The notes under the pieces are model-generated. The model ran no database searches and was not told where the DNA came from. It was given only the letters and a program-made list of their open reading frames with translations. The position numbers and the translations under genes were made by a program. Source: Histomonas meleagridis 2922-C6/04-290x (taxonomy: Eukaryota > Protista > Parabasalia). From it: a DNA stretch of 64,000 bases. Positions 42,790 through 54,660 of the stretch are shown piece by piece (the first letter of the stretch is position 1; each line of letters begins with the position of its first letter). The stretch lies in assembly GCA_020184695.1 (NCBI GenBank), contig JAANOX010000014.1, positions 186,001 through 250,000 on the forward strand, written 5' to 3'.

Positions 42790-43031
42790 TAATAATTTAG
42801 CAAAATTGTGATATAAAAGATATAAAATATATTTTTGTATTATGCTAAATGAGTGAAACCATATTATTATTTATTACATATATTTGAATGTAATAAACAC
42901 TTACAGAATCGGGAGTTTTAATGGACAGAAAATTTATGATTTGAAAATTTTTTGGCGAATTAATTCAAATTCGCGACACTTCACTTTTTAAAAAAAGTGA
43001 CATTTTATCGAAAAAGTGTCATTTAATCCAC

Positions 43032-44841
43032 ATGCCAAAATTAGCTATTAATTCGTTACAATATTATAAGGGTAGAGCATTACAAGAAATTATAGGATTA
43101 CCCAACAATTCGATAGTTGATTATGCATCCTTTTTCTATTATCTTCTAAATGATTATTTATGTGAAATCAAAAAATCACAAAAAAGTGATTTTTCATATC
43201 GAATTGTTTTTTATTATCACAATTCTTTGATATTCCATTTATTTGTTAATAATGATTTTTTTTTCACACATTATGTTTTTGGATAAGAAAGGTTATGAAC
43301 TTAGTTGGACACAAGAAAACAACTTTGTTTTTATATTAAACTTCCCAGAAAATAAAATTTTTGGAAATAAAAAATTATTTCAAACACATCCTTATGTTGT
43401 TATTGGTAAAAAATTCCATAAAATTAATCAATACATTAATAGTCAATTTTTATCTTTATTTGTGGATCAAAATATTTTACAATCAATTAGAAAACATGAT
43501 AAATATCTACAAAAAAATTTTATTGATTATATCATAAATAATTTCGAATATTCAATTATTATATATTTAACAAATATACCATCAAGAAAATTAGTACAAA
43601 TTAATGAGACTGACTACGTTTTTTAAATTATCTTAGATTTTTACTTGGGCAGCTTCTACATTATATAGCCTTAATTACAGTTGTTTTATGATAAATGCCT
43701 CATTTAAGGCTATAAAGCCTTATACATTGTCAATATTAATTATTTTTATAAATAAAATGAATCAATTCCTATAGGTTTGTCTATTTCTCCTACAGAAACA
43801 TCAAATTCTTATGGGAGATTATGAAAATATTTGATAAATTGCTGTAGAAATTTTAATATCAATTTAAATTGTTTTATCATAAACAATATTTTTTTAGCAG
43901 ATATTGGTTCTGCTATTCAAAAATTTATTGAGAATAATAATTTAAATATTGAATATTGCCATCGCCATTTTATAGAAAAATTTGGTTCTGCAAGTATGAT
44001 TGGAAATTGGATCTCAAGAATTATTAATACTTTCAATACACATGAATTTCAAATGATAACTAATATAATTAAAAATGAATTACAAACAATTTTGAATTCG
44101 GAAATTCAGAAAAATTTCGATAATGAAAAATTTCAAAATTTTTGAATGGGTTTGGGTGTGAAACCAGATTTTATACATAATATTGATAGGTGGGCAAAAT
44201 GGTTAAGACCTGGATGTCCTACCACTACTAATTATTTAGAATCGATCCATAGTCATATTAATTCGACAATTCCATTTAAAGGTTCTTTTATATAAAAATT
44301 AAAGAATGTTGAAAATGTATTGTGGAATAGATTTAATTCAAGAAATGAATGGCACGGCAAAAACTTTATTAAATAGATCAATAAATTAAAAAAGAATGCT
44401 AGTAATGAACAAAAATTATTGGGGATTTGTACTTGTGGAGAGTATGAATTTTGCTCCAAATTATATCAAAATATACATATTCCATGTAAACATACAATTG
44501 TAGATTTCTGCAATAAATTTGAAAATTTAAAATTAGATTCTTTGGAAATTGTTGATAATGTGCTAATTCCAAATATTGTAGAAACTCAAATTATTAATGA
44601 ACCACTCCCTGAAAATTGGAGTGACAAAAAAAAAATAATAATGGTAATACTGAAGTTATACGTAAAAAAAAAAGCTCCAGTGGTACGAAATTCTCCAAGT
44701 TCACAATTTGCATGGGATATTATTTATTCCATCAAAAATATTATTAAAAAAAGTATGTGGAATGAAAAAAAGCATTCCATAATAAGTTTTGTTATTGAAA
44801 ATGGTACAATTCGTAAAAAATTGTTGGCAGGTTTTGCATGA
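43032..44841 (+). pseudogene. Decayed MULE transposase
   Basis: Fragments contain SIPIGLSISPTET, FLADIGSAI, YCHRH (CxxH), TTTNYLESIH and a SWIM finger CTC...IPCKH, with many stops and frameshifts. Confidence 0.85.
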
Positions 44842-45755
44842 GCTATATCATTTGCGTCTGTAATATAAATCCATTTTTGTTTCATAAATAAATGTAAATA
44901 AACAGTTTATTACACCCCTCAAAATTTTGATTAAAATTCGTTAAAATTATTTTCAAATTTGGGAGGACGTTTATGGCTATTTTTCTTTTTGTTAAATTTG
45001 TTGAAAAAAAAATTCCATACTCTCAAGAGTTGTAGTTGTCACACATGATAGATGGTTTTGGTGGTGTTTTAAAAAAAGGTGTGAGATTTAATAACTATTG
45101 TTTTAAATTTAAAAAATTATTTAAAATTTTATTTGAATTGAAAAAAAAAATGATTTTCTTGTTTTGTGGAATAAAAATTAAAGTGCTTGTTACCTTCTAT
45201 GAAATCATTTATTGAACATTTTTTCATGAAGAAAATTTCAGAAAAAGCCAAACAATCTGATGTTTTGAATTTTAAAAATTTTTCCTTAAAGATAGTGCCT
45301 TCTAATAAAAGAAATTCGATGATTTAAAAAAATAAATAATTATTAAAAATCACCAAACATATAAAGTTTTTTGGTAGAAAGTGTTGTGTTTGAAAAGGAA
45401 CTTAAAAGGCTCTTTGGTTTTTGATTACTTTTTTATTTTGTTTTGTTTTATAGAGCTGATCATTCATTTGAAGTTAAAATTTGATATCATGACTTTTACT
45501 TATTCTTGTAGTTGTTTTGCTTATGAATTTTTTTTAACACATTTTAATTCAGAAAATAACATTTGAAAATTTATTGTTTCAGCTTTAGTTGGCCGCCTTA
45601 AATAATCGCTGAAATTGGGAAGAATCCGACTTTTGAATGACACAGAAAAAGTTTCCCAGCTAATCATTTGTGAAGAATTCAATACACATTGAATACCTTT
45701 AGAAACTCATTGAAAAAAACAACGGTTATAAAATTCACATCATTATGCACCAAGA

Positions 45756-46370
45756 ATGACAATTCAGGATAAATTGCAACTCAAAAGAATACATTTTACA
45801 CGCGAAGAAGATGAGACACTTAAATTTCTTGTTCAAAAATACGGGGAAAATGAATGGGGTCTAATTGCATCTGGAATGCCAAATCGTTCGGTACGCCAAT
45901 GTCGTGAAAGATGGCAATATCACTTGAAAGTAATTCCCGTAAAAAGAAAGTGGAGTCCAGAAGAAGATGAATTTTTAAGGATAAAATATAAAGAAATTGG
46001 TCCTAAATGGAAATTAATGGAGAAATATTTTCCAGGCCGAACATCGATTAATATTCGCAATCGATTTAGTTGTCTTCGGAGGTTTAATGAAATATATTCC
46101 CAAAATAACAATTATATACAACCATCACAAACGCAGTCAGAAAATAACATAAATCAACCAAATTCGAATCAATTACAAAGAGTTTCATTATCAAATCCAA
46201 ATTATATATATAATACTCAACAAGAAAATATAAAAGAACAAATTACAATGAACGAAACACAAAATATACCTAAATATTTCGTTGAAGAGGAATCACCAGA
46301 ATTCTCCACACAATTAGAAGACGAGGATTATGCTATGGACTTTGGATTGGAATTTCTTAATGAATGGTAA
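45756..46370 (+). CDS. R2R3 Myb-domain transcription factor (inside the MULE)
   Basis: FTREEDETL..LV.KYG.NEW..IA..MPNRSVRQCRERW...KWSPEEDEFL......GPKW.......PGRT...IRNRF; intact 204-aa ORF. Confidence 0.95.
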   Translation: MTIQDKLQLKRIHFTREEDETLKFLVQKYGENEWGLIASGMPNRSVRQCRERWQYHLKVIPVKRKWSPEEDEFLRIKYKEIGPKWKLMEKYFPGRTSINIRNRFSCLRRFNEIYSQNNNYIQPSQTQSENNINQPNSNQLQRVSLSNPNYIYNTQQENIKEQITMNETQNIPKYFVEEESPEFSTQLEDEDYAMDFGLEFLNEW

Positions 46371-47196
46371 TTTATTTGCGCATGAATTGAGGATTTTTAC
46401 AATTACACTCAATTCTCTTTTTATATGACAATAATTTTACACTGAAAAGAATAATTAATTGAAAAAAAACACGATTCAATAACTAAAAATTTAATTTTGA
46501 ATATTTTGATATCAAAAGTTTTCTTTGGAATGTGTATTATAAAACGGGTTTCATAAATCAGTGAAATAATTAAATAAGAAATCAACACGATGATTCAGTT
46601 GGTTCAATCAATAAAATTGCAATAGACAAAAATATCATTAAGAACATTCGCTTCACTGGGTGATGTTAACGTGGGTTTAAAAAAGATGTAAACACGTAAT
46701 TTTCTATATAATTTCATTGTAACACTGTATCAAAATCATATCATTACTTATTATACACCATTAATTTTACTTGCATCAACATTAACATAATAATTCATAG
46801 ATATGAATTAACACTATATTACACTCAGCGTATGTCGCATTCACTTATGGTATGAATCATATTTTTCTTTGATTTTTGACTGTTGTCATAATGTATATTA
46901 TTAATTATTAATTTAAAGCTTTTTGTAAGTATCGATATACACTGTTCATGTATTTGTATTATGAACACTATCTAAATGTAAATGAATATGACATGTAATG
47001 AAAGATGAATTTTATCAATATCCAGTTTTTTAAAATGTATATTAAATTTTGTTTCACTATATAACCTGATTGATTCTTTCAAGTTAAATATTTCAGTGGT
47101 TTTGATTTTTTGCATAAATGTGCAATTGATGATTATAATTCATATATTCTTCTTTAATTATATAAATCTGATATTAATTTTTATTTACATAGGTAT

Positions 47197-47570
47197 TCAT
47201 TCGTGCAAGAGAATTTTTATTTTATATTTAATGAGTTTCAGCATATTTTTCTTGTCATCAAATGGGCATCTACCCCATTCAATTAATTGATAGAAATTCA
47301 GAACGTATTGAAAACCACACAAAAGATTAGCAGAACGACTTTTTGTATGGTATTCAAAAATGCATTGAAAATTCCCCAAATGTACAGTAGCGGATAAATC
47401 CCAAAGATGACGAAATAAATTAACCATATCATAGGCAAAGGTATTTGATGCTTAGGTGTCATTCATTTTGATATTATATTAAGATTAATATGCCTTATTT
47501 ATCAAGTTTGCGATGTAATGAGTTTCAAGTTGCAAAATGATAATAAATTCAGATTGCAAAATGATAATAA
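47197..47570 (-). pseudogene. Possible decayed Ulp1-like cysteine-protease fragment inside the MULE
   Basis: A single frame with three stops reads FIIILQLETHYIANLIN...IKMNDT...ANLLCGFQYVLNFYQLI, an order compatible with a His-Asp-Cys triad. Weak resemblance only. Confidence 0.35.
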
Positions 47571-47974
47571 ATTTTGGCGGTCTAATAATTGTTTCAAAAC
47601 AAAGATTCAGTTGATAACCATAAAATATTGATTCGATTATATTAGGTGTATTAAGACATTTAGTTAGTCGACTTTTTGATTAAATGTCACTTTTTAAAAA
47701 GTGAAGTGTCGCGAATTTGAATTAATTCGCGATTTCCCAAATTTTTTTTCGATAGAATTAAATATTCACTTTATTTTCTGGTGTATTTACGTACTCATTA
47801 TCATTATTTGAATGTTTTATAATTTATATTTCCATTTTCTAACTTTTATTTCTATAGTGACCGTTATTTCTTTCGACGCATTTCCCCGCCATTTTTATGT
47901 CGGCGCAGCCAATTTTGAAACAAAACGATTGATTTGATAGAAAAAACCGCTAAACAGAGCCAGTGAAATCAATA

Positions 47975-49204
47975 ATGGTTTCGTACAATCAAAGAATCCA
48001 ATCTCTAAAAACTCACATATTCCCAGATAAAAAAGATAGGATAAGGAAACTATGGGAAGTATTAATTATCTTTGTTTCAATTATATTCGCTATGATTATC
48101 GTTCATTTTCTCCCAGAGCCAGAAGATAAAATTATTGTCAAGCAATACAAACTCCCTGACTTACTTCCAAGGGTTGTTTTAAGTTCATTTGATATTTTTA
48201 TTAAGTTATATCATTTGATATGTCAACCGTTCTACAAAATACATGACTTCATACTCCTTTGCTTCGCCAATTTCTTGAAGATTCTTTCAAGTATGTCTGT
48301 CAGCTTTGTTAAGTATTTGAATTATTTTAACCGATTTATTGTTTGGATTTTATTAACTATCAAACAATTTTTCATCAACATTGGATTATTCTTCAAGTAT
48401 CTCATAATTCAACTCTCAAATTTTTTACTCTTTATCAAGAATTCAATTATCAATTTCTTCAAATCTCTTCTAGACTTACTTAGAAACATTACAAATATTT
48501 TCAGACTCACCACGATCACAGGTTTTATCAAGTATATTTTTGTATCCTTCATTAACTTCTTCATCTCAATTTATCAATTTGTCGTTTACATCTTCGTATC
48601 CATTGGAAACTTCTTCAAATCCATTTTACTTCGCATTAGTCTTATTTTACAACCCATTTTTGGTCGATTCCCCAACTTCTTTGGGAAATTCTTCGTACAG
48701 ATATCCAACATTTTCAAATCTATTTATCAATTCTTTTATACCATTTTCAACTTTATTTGGACCAAAATCTCCAATTTCTTCAGACTTATCATCAATTTCT
48801 TTGTATCCACATTCAAATATATTTTACACTTTTTCCACTCTATTTTCACTTTCGTTCACTCTCTTGGACTCCGAACTAAAGGCCTCCGCTTTTTAGTTGC
48901 TCCATTTAAACTCTTAAGCTTCATTTACCGCTTTTTATTGGATTCGGTTGTTATCATCTTTAACTATTTGATGAATTTCGTTCTTTTCATAGTAGAACAG
49001 ATTTGTCATCTCGTAATGAACTTTGCTAAATTGATTGACGTGATGTTCGATTGGCTAAACAACATCTGCGAAATCAAAGAGCCTTGCAAAGTTACGTTCA
49101 GAGAACATTACAAAGAATTTGTTGATAAAATGAACGAACAAATCGAAACGACAAAAGAAATCATAAACGAAATTAAAATGAACAAAGTTAAGAAAAATAA
49201 TTGA
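47975..49204 (+). CDS. Phe/Ile-rich amphipathic-helix repeat protein with N-terminal TM
   Basis: About 410 aa; LWEVLIIFVSIIFAMIIVHFL TM, then long periodic segments such as FVSFINFFISIYQFVVYIFVSIGNFFKSIL. Confidence 0.75.
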   Translation: MVSYNQRIQSLKTHIFPDKKDRIRKLWEVLIIFVSIIFAMIIVHFLPEPEDKIIVKQYKLPDLLPRVVLSSFDIFIKLYHLICQPFYKIHDFILLCFANFLKILSSMSVSFVKYLNYFNRFIVWILLTIKQFFINIGLFFKYLIIQLSNFLLFIKNSIINFFKSLLDLLRNITNIFRLTTITGFIKYIFVSFINFFISIYQFVVYIFVSIGNFFKSILLRISLILQPIFGRFPNFFGKFFVQISNIFKSIYQFFYTIFNFIWTKISNFFRLIINFFVSTFKYILHFFHSIFTFVHSLGLRTKGLRFLVAPFKLLSFIYRFLLDSVVIIFNYLMNFVLFIVEQICHLVMNFAKLIDVMFDWLNNICEIKEPCKVTFREHYKEFVDKMNEQIETTKEIINEIKMNKVKKNN

Positions 49205-49860
49205 TATAAATAAATGATTCGTAATAATTATTGAGTAAACTATGAATTGTTTAAGTAAATTTTGAGTTTTTATTGATATATTCTCAGGAGTGTTAAATTC
49301 GCTTAATAATATTATTAAGATCTTAATAATATTAAGAATGGAAAATGGACAAATCAGTTTTATTATAATTTGTATTTCTAGAAATAGTATAATTATTGCT
49401 CAAAATGTGATATGCATATAATCAATTTTTGATCAAAATTAGGTCATATGTAAATGCATAAGCAAATTTTAATATTACATAACATTTTCTCATCTTATTT
49501 CACAAAGGAAAATTAAATTTACACAATTTTTCAAAAATTCTTTTGATGTGATCTTTTAAAATGTGACGTTAAATTACTATTAAATGCTTAACAATCACAA
49601 AAAGCAAATGAAGTACACAAGAAAAATAACAATGGACGCAAAGAAAAAAAAGGAGAGATGCTGTAAATCATATAGAAAACAAGAATAACTTCAAGGAAAA
49701 AAAATTAATATGATATTAAGAATAAAATTATAAGAATTTTGTTTTTATTACCATTAGAATAAATAAAACTCATGCAATAAAAATTTATCATCAAATAATA
49801 TGTTTTTAGTTTGCTTCAATTCGTTATAATTTAAAGATAAATAACAAAAATATTTATTTA

Positions 49861-51795
49861 TCAATACGCGTACATTTCAAGCACCATTGCCTTTATCATT
49901 CTTGCCTCGGCGCTTATTGTTTGATTTTCTCTTGCTTCTTCAGCAGCAACAGTCAAATCGATGATCGATTCTATATTTTTTCCGTATTTATCGATTTCAT
50001 CCAAAAAGTTGCACAGTTTTTCATATAACATGTCGGTCATAATGAACTGCCGCAAGGCCATAGCCCTAATCAGCTCGAATAAGCATCTCTTAGCATAGAA
50101 CCAGGTATCAGCATTTAGCTTCTGGTTCATTGGTACGAAAGCCTTAAAAACGTAATCAATACCAAATTCAAAATTCTTATGAGCGCAATATAAGGTACCT
50201 ATAACTAAATGTATGATAGAAAGGTGATATAGCTTAGCATTTTCATCCTCTTTCAGCTTTGCAGATTCTTCTTCAGTTAATCTATTAATTAAATTATCGG
50301 CGTTTTCATTCTTCTCCATTACTACATAAGCAGCGCACAAGTTTGCGACGACTATAGCTTCTACGTCTAAAAGATGTTCTTCGCTTAATACTAAAGGTTC
50401 ATATAATGAAATCGCCTCAGACATCTTATCAGGCTCCATAAAGTACGTATGCGCCAAGTTTAATCTCCAGGTTCGATTATCGATACAAAAGTCAGCATAT
50501 TTCATCAACAATAATTCGACAATTCGATACTTCTCCAAGTTCCAAAAGATTTTGGCCTGTGACATTAGCACCGGAATCAAGTCGTTGATTGCGTTATCAA
50601 ATTGTACGCTAAGTGCCATTTGCAATACATCGTCATGAGTCTTGCGTGCGTCCTCCATTTCCTGCATTATCCGCCTCAGAACGTCAGCGTTTGCCTTGCA
50701 AAGTTCGTCAAATTTGCGATATGCTTCTTCTTTGGAAGTCGCGCATAAGAGGTATGTCTCAAGGAAATCTAACATGGGCTGGCCCATTGTTTTAAGTGCT
50801 AAGTCGCTGTTCTCTGCTAAAAGATCAGCAGCAAATGAATAATAATCAAATTTGCAATATCCTAAAAGTAAGTTTCTAAATGTTTCTGGTGGTGTTGGTT
50901 CTTGTCCTAGAAGGAAAGTAAGCTTATTAAAGGCTGATGTCGGGTCTTCTTCCATAGTAACAATTGCAGTATTGTGAAGTGTTACTGGATCAAGTTCGTC
51001 TTCGTTACGATTAGGTAGTTCCCTTAGTACATCTCTTGCTTCTTTGTAATGTTTTTGGTCATAATCTAATGCGCTCATTAAATTTAATGCCTCGACCAAA
51101 AAAGCATCTTTAGCCTTTTGTATAAGCCCTTGCGCATCATAGTCAACAGTGTCTCCCGAAAGTGACCGTAAAAGTTCGGGATATTGCCGCGCATCTTGCG
51201 TCTTGATCTCGGTGATGGCCTCTATCGTCTCGGGGAAGCGGTTAAGCCGATAGAGGCAGAGAGCGATACAATAACCGACTTCGGGGATGAAGCCGTGGAC
51301 GCGTTTGACCTCCATATATTTCTCGAGGGCTTCTTCGAACCGATCTTCTTTGTAAAGAACACACGCGGTATCAAGCATGACATTTATGTCATCTTGTTGA
51401 GAATCTGCTAATATTGATTTTGCTGATTGTATATCTTCTTCTGCATAACGTATGGCTGCTTGTAGAAGTGAAACTTCGGATTTGAGTGATGGATCTTGAA
51501 TCCCACATGAAACTCGCATGGCTTCATAATATTGTTCAATTTTATATAGACAATGTGCATGATGTAATTTATAAGAATCATTACGTGGATTAAGTTGAAC
51601 AAGTTTGCCATAGCTGACAGAGGCTTTTTGAAAATCTTCTTGTTGCCAATAACAAAATGCCATTATGGAATGAATTGCTGTCGAATCTGGAAACGAATTG
51701 AGTTCATTCTCAAGTATACGTAGTACTTCAGTGTAATTTTCATCATCTATAAGTGTATAGATGTTACGTGTGTAGTTTTCTGTGGGAGACCGCAT
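49861..51795 (-). CDS. IFT70: Intraflagellar transport TPR protein IFT70 (TTC30/fleer/DYF-1)
   Basis: NYTRNIYTLI, LDPVTLHNTA, ETFRNLLLGYCKFDYYSFAADLLAEN, AIVVANLCAAYVV, IIHLVIGTLYC..KNFEFGI and DTWFYAKRC match TTC30. ATG at 51795. Confidence 0.93.
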   Translation of the reverse strand: MRSPTENYTRNIYTLIDDENYTEVLRILENELNSFPDSTAIHSIMAFCYWQQEDFQKASVSYGKLVQLNPRNDSYKLHHAHCLYKIEQYYEAMRVSCGIQDPSLKSEVSLLQAAIRYAEEDIQSAKSILADSQQDDINVMLDTACVLYKEDRFEEALEKYMEVKRVHGFIPEVGYCIALCLYRLNRFPETIEAITEIKTQDARQYPELLRSLSGDTVDYDAQGLIQKAKDAFLVEALNLMSALDYDQKHYKEARDVLRELPNRNEDELDPVTLHNTAIVTMEEDPTSAFNKLTFLLGQEPTPPETFRNLLLGYCKFDYYSFAADLLAENSDLALKTMGQPMLDFLETYLLCATSKEEAYRKFDELCKANADVLRRIMQEMEDARKTHDDVLQMALSVQFDNAINDLIPVLMSQAKIFWNLEKYRIVELLLMKYADFCIDNRTWRLNLAHTYFMEPDKMSEAISLYEPLVLSEEHLLDVEAIVVANLCAAYVVMEKNENADNLINRLTEEESAKLKEDENAKLYHLSIIHLVIGTLYCAHKNFEFGIDYVFKAFVPMNQKLNADTWFYAKRCLFELIRAMALRQFIMTDMLYEKLCNFLDEIDKYGKNIESIIDLTVAAEEARENQTISAEARMIKAMVLEMYAY

Positions 51796-52893
51796 CTGTG
51801 GAATAACGAATTTTGAAATGTTAGGTGAAAAAATGTCGGACAAAATTTTTTTATTCAATTTTTTTTTGTCATTCAAAAGTTCAAAAATGTTCAGTTATGG
51901 ACCATAACAAAACATTCCATTAATATCTTGCAAAAACAATCTTTTCTACGAATTATTTAGATACAAAGGAAACAATCAAAAAATCTTGGTGTTACCAAAT
52001 ACATATATGAAAAAATTATGAAATCATAAATTATGACTCAAATCAGCGAAGATGTTTATATTTAATTTCGTGGACTAGAAAAAATTCATCATGGAATTTT
52101 ATTACAATATTGAAAAAAATAAATTATAATTTTGCGTGCTTACAAGATCAAAATAATAAAGTGTTGCTGTATCTTCTAGAAGATATTTTTGTTAAGAAAT
52201 TATTGGTTTTAATAATATAAATTATATTAAATATTTTATCGTTGATGATTGATCAATAATTAGTTACCTAAAGAAACATTGGTATTTGAACTATCTTAAT
52301 GGTGTCTTGATTGATTTCATTGCGTAATCATCTTTTAAAGGCCATAATGGGCAAGCAGAATATTGACGAAGCATTTCACAATATTTCACAGTTTTTTCTA
52401 TTCAATTTGTGTTTGAATGGAATTTACATCAACCGATTTTAGATTCTGTGAAAATTCACTGAAAAAGCACTTTAGGAACGTCTTCGAAAATGACACCAGT
52501 GAAATCTTCTGTCGTTTCATTCAAATTCAATTACCCATCCTCCCATCACAAATTTGAAAGCTTGCTGTTCGCGCAATTCAAATTTGCCCTCCTATTCTCA
52601 CAAAACCCAATTGGTCGTTCTTTTGCAGAGACAAAATCTCAACCTCAAATTAGGAACCAACATCTTAAAGGACAAATAACTTATTCTTTATTGTTATTAT
52701 AGGCTTCCTTCAAAAAATTAATTTTTTGCAATGTTAATTAAATTATCATTATCACTCCAATTTTAACAAGATATAATTATATCATCGAACTATCTCAAAG
52801 CTTTTATTGCTTTATTTATTGTTTTCGGCTTTCAACTTTCTCATAATATAATTATATGATATATTATATTAATAATTCATAATTTTTATTACA

Positions 52894-53919
52894 TTAAATA
52901 GCAAAAGTTTCCTTTAGGGCGACTGTTTTCTTTAGTCCTGGTCTCTTTTGAAAATATGACTTGTTGTTTATCCTTTTATAAATTATTTCCTTTTGACTAA
53001 CGACTGGTGAAACCCCAGATGACGATCTTCTATGCAAAACATTATCAGTACTTTTCAAAACAGACGAACTCAGTTTCGCGCACTCATACTTTTGAATATT
53101 TTGGAATATCGGCGAACAAAGTAGTTTTTGCAATGATTCTCTTTTCATTGGATTGACAGCAGTCATTGCTCTAATTAATCGACAAAACTCCGTATCAGCG
53201 CATGACGGAAAAGACAGAATTCCCGTTCTAATTGCCGCTTCCAATTCTTCATTATTTTGAACTCTCCACGGAAGTCTTCCGAATGCGATTACGAAAAATG
53301 TTATCCCTAACGCCCAAATGTCAGCTAAGAATGGATCGATGTTATCTCTGCATATGATTTCCGGCGCCATGAATGGTAACGAGCCAACGTAACTTTGAAG
53401 TGTTTTTCCTTTTTCTATTTTTTTACTGAGGCCAAAATCGGCAAGTTTCGGCCTTCCATAGTTGTCCAAAAGAATGTTTGCTGGTTTTATATCTCGATGA
53501 GCAATATTCCGTTCATGGCAATATAAAAGAGCATTCATTATTTGGTAACAAAAAGAATAAAGTTTCGGAGGCTTTATTGGGCCTTCTTTTTCGATTATAT
53601 CTTTTAATGAACCACCATTACAATGTTCTAACACGATGTATAAACTTGTGTGGGATTCATCAAAGAAAAATTCATACATTGAGATGATGTTTGGGTGACA
53701 TAACTCAATGAGCGTTGTCGCTTCATTCTTTGTTTCATTAAACGATAAATTTGGCTGATGAATTCGTTTGATACAAAATTCTTGATTATATTTTTCTGAA
53801 CGTACAAGAAAAACTGATCCAAACCCTCCCGAATTAATGGGACGGACATAATGGTAATGATGTTCTGGGAGTAATTCTCGGATTTCATTGAGGCTGATTG
53901 GAGTTATTACCCCAAGCAT
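52894..53919 (-). CDS. CAMK-group Ser/Thr protein kinase
   Basis: INSGGFGSVF, IAHRDIKPANILL, KLADFGLS, GSLPFMAPE and DIWALGIT; ATG at 53919. Confidence 0.92.
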   Translation of the reverse strand: MLGVITPISLNEIRELLPEHHYHYVRPINSGGFGSVFLVRSEKYNQEFCIKRIHQPNLSFNETKNEATTLIELCHPNIISMYEFFFDESHTSLYIVLEHCNGGSLKDIIEKEGPIKPPKLYSFCYQIMNALLYCHERNIAHRDIKPANILLDNYGRPKLADFGLSKKIEKGKTLQSYVGSLPFMAPEIICRDNIDPFLADIWALGITFFVIAFGRLPWRVQNNEELEAAIRTGILSFPSCADTEFCRLIRAMTAVNPMKRESLQKLLCSPIFQNIQKYECAKLSSSVLKSTDNVLHRRSSSGVSPVVSQKEIIYKRINNKSYFQKRPGLKKTVALKETFAI

Positions 53920-54660
53920 CAGATTTCTGGCAAGTCGAAGTAATTTGACAGTTCCCAGAAAAACCGTCTTCAAATTCAATGCTACAACCCAAATCAAACG
54001 ATGTTTTAACACAGTCTATTTACTTTTTCAATGCATTGAATTTAGGAGGGCGCTTTAAACTAAAGTAAAAAATATATTAATGGAACATAATACTGAAAAT
54101 AATTACGCCACTCTAAATACTTAATAAAGAATAAAGAACTATTTTAAACAGTCCAAAAATAATATTTTTGTTGCAAAATCTTAATTCTGAAAAAATGTGG
54201 TTACACCTTTCAATCTGGATGGGCCATAACCGCTATTCCGCATTGAATACAACAATCCAAAATTGTTCGCCTGTACACGGAGGAAAATAACTTTTTGTTT
54301 ATGTCAAACTGTGCAAAATTTTCAAAAGTATACTAAAAGTTAATCTGTTCTCAAAATCAAGCATTTTTTGAAGCATATTAAAATCTACAACTTCTTATAA
54401 AAAAAAAGAAGGTGGAAAAAAAACATTACAAATCCACTGGCGATGCTGTACTGGAAATAGAAGTAAAAATTGAATGGCATGAAAAAACATATTGGAAATT
54501 TAAAATAAATATTTTTTTTATTAATTTACACCCAAACCTATAAATCATACCAATTCATGGAAAAAGCATGTCTTTATTTATAAAAACTTAGCTAGAGTAA
54601 ATCTAAAGTGATTTTTCTTTGGAAAAAAATTGTCACTTTTAATATAAAATATCTTTGAAA

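Larger units (their letters stand above)
42954..47738 (+). mobile_element. Mutator-like (MULE) element, about 4.8 kb, with terminal inverted repeats and 9-bp TSD AAATTTTTT
   Basis: The left end GCGAATTAATTCAAATTCGCGACACTTCACTTTTTAAAAAAAGTGACATT is the reverse complement of 47682-47730 apart from 2 extra A. AAATTTTTT occurs at 42945-42953 and 47739-47747. The left TIR appears to have lost about 6 nt near its tip. Confidence 0.85.

Noticed and set aside
54200-54290. Slightly GC-richer intergenic stretch containing TTCGCCTGTAC, resembling U5 snRNA loop I
   Set aside because: It does not match the invariant GCCUUUUAC loop, and no Sm site or flanking stem could be supported.
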